32,000 bases of DNA, taken from NCBI GenBank assembly GCA_023480925.1, contig JAMCWY010000003.1, positions 1 through 32,000 of the forward strand, in the 5' to 3' direction. A program made the position numbers and the translations under genes. The notes beneath the pieces are model-generated. The model did no database searches. It was not told where the DNA came from and saw only the letters and a list, made by a program, of their open reading frames with translations. Below are positions 27,488 through 32,000 of the stretch, one piece after another. This stretch comes from Patescibacteria group bacterium (GTDB taxonomy: Bacteria; Patescibacteriota; Minisyncoccia; UBA6257; HR35). Position 1 is the stretch's first letter, and each line of letters opens with the position of its first letter.

Positions 27488-28444
27488 ATGAAACAAACAT
27501 CTTCGCGGAGTTTAAAAAGAAAGATTAAATCTTTGGCGAGTTTTCAAAAGATGACCCGGTCGATTAGTTTGACGGCGGCGGTCAAACTTCGTCGGGTTCA
27601 AATGAAAATGTTAAAAGCGAGATTTCTTGGTTATGAGCTTTTGCTTTTTCTCAAAGAACTTTTAAAAAGAAACAACAACTTGCCTAACCATTATCTATTT
27701 AATCAAGCCGCCGCCGGTCGAGCTGATTTGGCTAAAAAGATTTTAGTGATTGTGATTGCCTCGGATCGAGGTTTGGCCGGATCGTTTGATTTGAATATTT
27801 TCCGCCAAGCTGAATCGATAATCGCTGATTTAGACAAGAGTCAGTTTGATCTCGGTTTAATCGGCCGAAAGGCGAAAAATCATTTTAAAAAAAGAGGTTT
27901 TGAACCAATTTTTGCTTTTGAACATTTTGAGAACGTTATAACTAAAAGCGACATAACCGAATTGATCGAGTTTCTTAAAAGGGCTTTGATCAAAAATATT
28001 TATAGCCGGGTCGCGGTTATTTATAATAATTTTTATTCAGTCTTAAAACAAAAGGTTGAGGTTGTTGATCTTTATCCTTTTAGTTTTGAAACATTTGATC
28101 GTCAGCTTGAAAATATTATTCCTCGCCAAGGAATGTTTTCCGATCAGACCAAGGTTAAGCCGGCCGTTGGACGGTTTGAATATTTGATCGAACCCAGTCC
28201 GGAAAAAGTTTTGCCGACAGTTTTGGAATTAGCCTTTAGTTATTTAATCTATCTGATTATTTTGGAGGCGAACTCGGCCGAACAAGCCGCTCGTTTGATC
28301 ACGATGCAGCGGGCTTTTGAGAACGCGAGTGAAATGATGTTTGAGACGAAGTTAGTTTATAACAAATTGAGACAAGGTCAAATTACGCGGGAGCTTTTGG
28401 AGATCATTTCCGGCTCGAGTCAGTTAATTAACGATTTAGTTTGA
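27488..28444 (+). CDS. atpG: F0F1 ATP synthase subunit gamma
   Basis: N-terminal LKRKIKSLASFQKMTRSISLTAAVKLRRVQ and C-terminal ANSAEQAARLITMQRAFENA...LRQGQITRELLEI match the gamma termini. Confidence 0.85.
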   Translation: MKQTSSRSLKRKIKSLASFQKMTRSISLTAAVKLRRVQMKMLKARFLGYELLLFLKELLKRNNNLPNHYLFNQAAAGRADLAKKILVIVIASDRGLAGSFDLNIFRQAESIIADLDKSQFDLGLIGRKAKNHFKKRGFEPIFAFEHFENVITKSDITELIEFLKRALIKNIYSRVAVIYNNFYSVLKQKVEVVDLYPFSFETFDRQLENIIPRQGMFSDQTKVKPAVGRFEYLIEPSPEKVLPTVLELAFSYLIYLIILEANSAEQAARLITMQRAFENASEMMFETKLVYNKLRQGQITRELLEIISGSSQLINDLV

Positions 28445-28464
28445 AGTTAAAAAACTAATTTTAA

Positions 28465-29907
<1,443 letters not shown>

Positions 29908-29965
29908 AACTAATCAGTCGGACTAACCGAAATTTAGTTTTAGGGCGGCATAATAAAACGCCGGG

Positions 29966-29990
29966 GCGAATTTTAAATTCGCGGATTTTT
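29966..29990 (+). terminator. Candidate terminator after atpD
   Basis: gcgaatt-tta-aattcgc is a perfect 7-bp palindrome at 29966-29982, followed by ggattttt. A second 9-bp stem, ctaaaacta at 29904-29912 with tagttttag at 29935-29943, lies just upstream. Confidence 0.45.
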
Positions 29991-29998
29991 GGAAATAA

Positions 29999-31738
29999 TT
30001 AAATCAATCGGTAACTAATTTCTTTGATGACTTTGATATTTTTTAGTTTGATCAAAATTTTTTCCGTTTTTTCTTTATTATCGAAATTGATCTTAATTTT
30101 TATTTGGGCGAAATGACCGTTTGGGTTTGAGTGGATTTCTTTGATGTTGGTTTTGGTTTGGGCGATGATGTCGGAAATGTTTTTAATCAAGTTAATTTTG
30201 TCTTCGGCCAGGATTTTTATCTCAGCCAGCCGTTCGCGTTTGAATGGATCGTCTTGGCGAAGCTTGTTTCTGATTTTCTTTTTAGCTCGGTCGGTTTTGA
30301 TAAAACGAATCCAGGATTCCGATGGCCGCCGCGTTTTTTGAGTCAAAATTTCAACAATATCGCCGGATTGGAGAATTTGATCGAGATTGACGATTTTGTC
30401 GTTGACCCGGGCGCCGACGCAGTGGTTGCCGATTTCGGTGTGAACGGCGTAAGCGAAATCGATTGGCGTTGACCCAGCCGGCAGATCGAAAACTTCGCCC
30501 TTGGGCGTGATCGTAAAAATTCTGTCTTTAAAAAAATCAATTTTAAGCGATTGGAGAAAATCATCTTGGCTGTCAAATTTATTTTGCCAATTTTTCAATT
30601 GTTCAATCCAATTTAACTCTTTCCGGTCGGCAAAAATCGTTTTGGCTTTTAAATAATTTTTGCTTTGTTTCGCTTGGCTATAAAACCAGTAAGCGGCAAT
30701 ACCGTTTTCATTTTCTTCGTGCATCTCGAGCGTTCGAATTTGAAATTCGGTTGGTTTGTTTTCTTCGCAGATGACGGTCGTGTGAATGCTGCGATAGCCG
30801 TTTGGTTTGGGCAGGGCGATGTAGTCTTTAATCCGGCCGGGCAGAGGCGGCCAAAGTTTGTGGATAAAACCAAGAACGGCATAACACTCTTCGACTGTCT
30901 GAACGATAATTCGAACCGCGACTAAATCGTAAACTTGGCTAAGGTCCATATCGTAACGGAGAATTTTTTTGTAAAGACTGGCGTAACGTTTGGCTCGAGT
31001 ATCGATTCGGATTGGTTTGATTTTATTCTTTTCCAATTCCGTCCCGATTATCTTTTTGACATTTTCAAGGTATCTTTCTCGTTCTTGAAATTTTTCTTTG
31101 ACATTTTCTTTCAACCATTTGGACTCGGTTGGGTGAAGATAGGGGAAGGCGAGATCGTCGAGTTCGCCGGCCAGGTTACTCATACCCAGACGGTAGGCGA
31201 GAGGCGAATAAATTTCGTTTGTTTCAAGAGCGATTCGTTTTTGTTTGTTTGGCGCCAGAGCATTGAGGGTTTTGAGATTGTGGAGCCGGTCGGCCAGCTT
31301 AATGAAGACGACGCGAATGTCTTCGCTCATGGCCAAAATCATTTTTTTTAAAGTTTCGATCTGAGCTTGGTTGCCGCGGTATTTGATTCGGCTGATCTTA
31401 GTCACGCCATCGACAAGAAAAGCGATCTCATCGCCGAATTCTTTTTTAATCCGTTCCAAAGAAATGTCGGTGTCTTCGACGACGTCGTGTAAGAGCGCGG
31501 CGGCGGCAGTGGCCAAGTCTAACTGCCACTGGCTAATCTTTAAAGCGGTCTGGAAGGCGTGGTTGAAATAAGGTTCGCCCGATTTTCTTTTTTGGCCACG
31601 GTGGGCTTCTTGGCTGAAGGTGAAAGCTTTTTTAATTAATTCCAATTCCGTTTCATTTAATTGGCAATATTTCTTGATCGCGCCAATCAATTCTTGAAAC
31701 TGGTTTGAATTTATTTTTCCATCTATTTTGGCCGTCAT
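29999..31738 (-). CDS. rel: Bifunctional RelA/SpoT homologue, (p)ppGpp synthetase/hydrolase, compact 579-aa form
   Basis: HD hydrolase motifs (HRGQKRKSGEPYFNH, LLHDVVEDT). Synthetase motifs (RAKRYASLYKK, DLVAVRII, GYRSIHTTV, EFQIRTLEMH). TGS domain (TPKGEVFDLPAGSTPIDFAYAVHTEIG). C-terminal ACT/RRM-like segment. Confidence 0.9.
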   Translation of the reverse strand: MTAKIDGKINSNQFQELIGAIKKYCQLNETELELIKKAFTFSQEAHRGQKRKSGEPYFNHAFQTALKISQWQLDLATAAAALLHDVVEDTDISLERIKKEFGDEIAFLVDGVTKISRIKYRGNQAQIETLKKMILAMSEDIRVVFIKLADRLHNLKTLNALAPNKQKRIALETNEIYSPLAYRLGMSNLAGELDDLAFPYLHPTESKWLKENVKEKFQERERYLENVKKIIGTELEKNKIKPIRIDTRAKRYASLYKKILRYDMDLSQVYDLVAVRIIVQTVEECYAVLGFIHKLWPPLPGRIKDYIALPKPNGYRSIHTTVICEENKPTEFQIRTLEMHEENENGIAAYWFYSQAKQSKNYLKAKTIFADRKELNWIEQLKNWQNKFDSQDDFLQSLKIDFFKDRIFTITPKGEVFDLPAGSTPIDFAYAVHTEIGNHCVGARVNDKIVNLDQILQSGDIVEILTQKTRRPSESWIRFIKTDRAKKKIRNKLRQDDPFKRERLAEIKILAEDKINLIKNISDIIAQTKTNIKEIHSNPNGHFAQIKIKINFDNKEKTEKILIKLKNIKVIKEISYRLI

Positions 31739-31744
31739 TGGTTT

Positions 31745-31750
31745 ATTTTA
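31745..31750 (-). promoter_or_regulatory. Candidate -10 box (TAAAAT) 6 nt upstream of the rel ATG
   Basis: The minus strand reads taaaat-aaacca-ATG. Sequence match only, in an AT-rich spacer. Confidence 0.3.
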
Positions 31751-31759
31751 TGATTATTA

Positions 31760-31765
31760 TATAAT
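31760..31765 (+). promoter_or_regulatory. Candidate -10 box (TATAAT) just upstream of atpC
   Basis: tataat ends 4 nt before ATG 31770 and 7 nt before the second ATG at 31773. Confidence 0.35.
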
Positions 31766-31769
31766 TAAA

Positions 31770-32000
31770 ATGATGGTAAAGTTTCATTTTAAATTTGTAA
31801 CCGAAGCGGGAGTTGAGCGTGATCAAGAAATTGACGGTTTAAATTTGATGACTGAGGCCGGCGAAATCACGGTTTTGGCTCATCATCGGCCCTTGATCGC
31901 GGTTGCCCAAAAAGGAAAAATAAAGATTTTAAATCAGAACCAAGCCGAGTCTTTCGAATTGAAGGCGGATTCGATTCTTGAGGTCAGGCCGGACGAAGTT
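31770..32000 (+). CDS. atpC: F0F1 ATP synthase subunit epsilon (3'-truncated by the window edge; not in the ORF track)
   Basis: Hand translation gives MMVKFHFKFVTEAGVERDQEIDGLNLMTEAGEITVLAHHRPLIAVAQKGKIKILNQNQAESFELKADSILEVRPDEV. This aligns with E. coli epsilon at GE.G.....H.PL and ILEV.P. It is in frame to the last base of the window. Confidence 0.85.
   Translation, partial: MMVKFHFKFVTEAGVERDQEIDGLNLMTEAGEITVLAHHRPLIAVAQKGKIKILNQNQAESFELKADSILEVRPDEV

Overview
This is a gene-dense, mostly plus-strand window with a divergent 16S rRNA, no Shine-Dalgarno motifs and short proteins. I infer a Patescibacteria/CPR-like bacterium using the standard code, because RF2 is present and TGA is used as a stop.

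Layout:
- 52-1646: a stand-alone 16S rRNA gene closed by a long flanking processing stem. It carries an AT-rich hairpin insertion in V2.
- 1795-6483: orphan response regulator, prfB with its +1 frameshift, ftsE, ftsX and a Wzx-type flippase.
- 6455-7123: two decayed minus-strand genes, a GtrA-like gene and a GT2 remnant. They explain the ORF-free gap in the six-frame track.
- 7.4-19.3 kb: a tightly overlapping glycan operon with two GT4, two GT2, two methyltransferases and three oxidoreductase/epimerase genes. It also has a transaldolase plus gmhA, hddA-like, gmhB and hddC-like genes, which I read as a complete GDP-heptose route. The block is bracketed by an imperfect ~64-nt direct repeat of the infA promoter/leader.
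- 19.4-23.5 kb: infA, rpmJ, a catalytically dead-looking alpha/beta-hydrolase-fold protein, a small zinc-ribbon protein, an FtsQ-like gene (minus), a Nudix gene (minus) and serS.
- 23.7-32.0 kb: an F-type ATP synthase operon, atpBEFHA-[mazG-like]-GD-[inverted RSH]-C.

The most notable observations are:
- the two (p)ppGpp/nucleotide-stress genes embedded in the atp operon;
- the heptose glycan island with its flanking repeats;
- a 16S 3' tail lacking the CCUCC anti-SD core, together with -10 boxes sitting flush against start codons, which suggests leaderless mRNAs.

I saw no tRNA, CRISPR array, transposase or integrase. All calls rest on hand reading and remembered family motifs; no searches were run.
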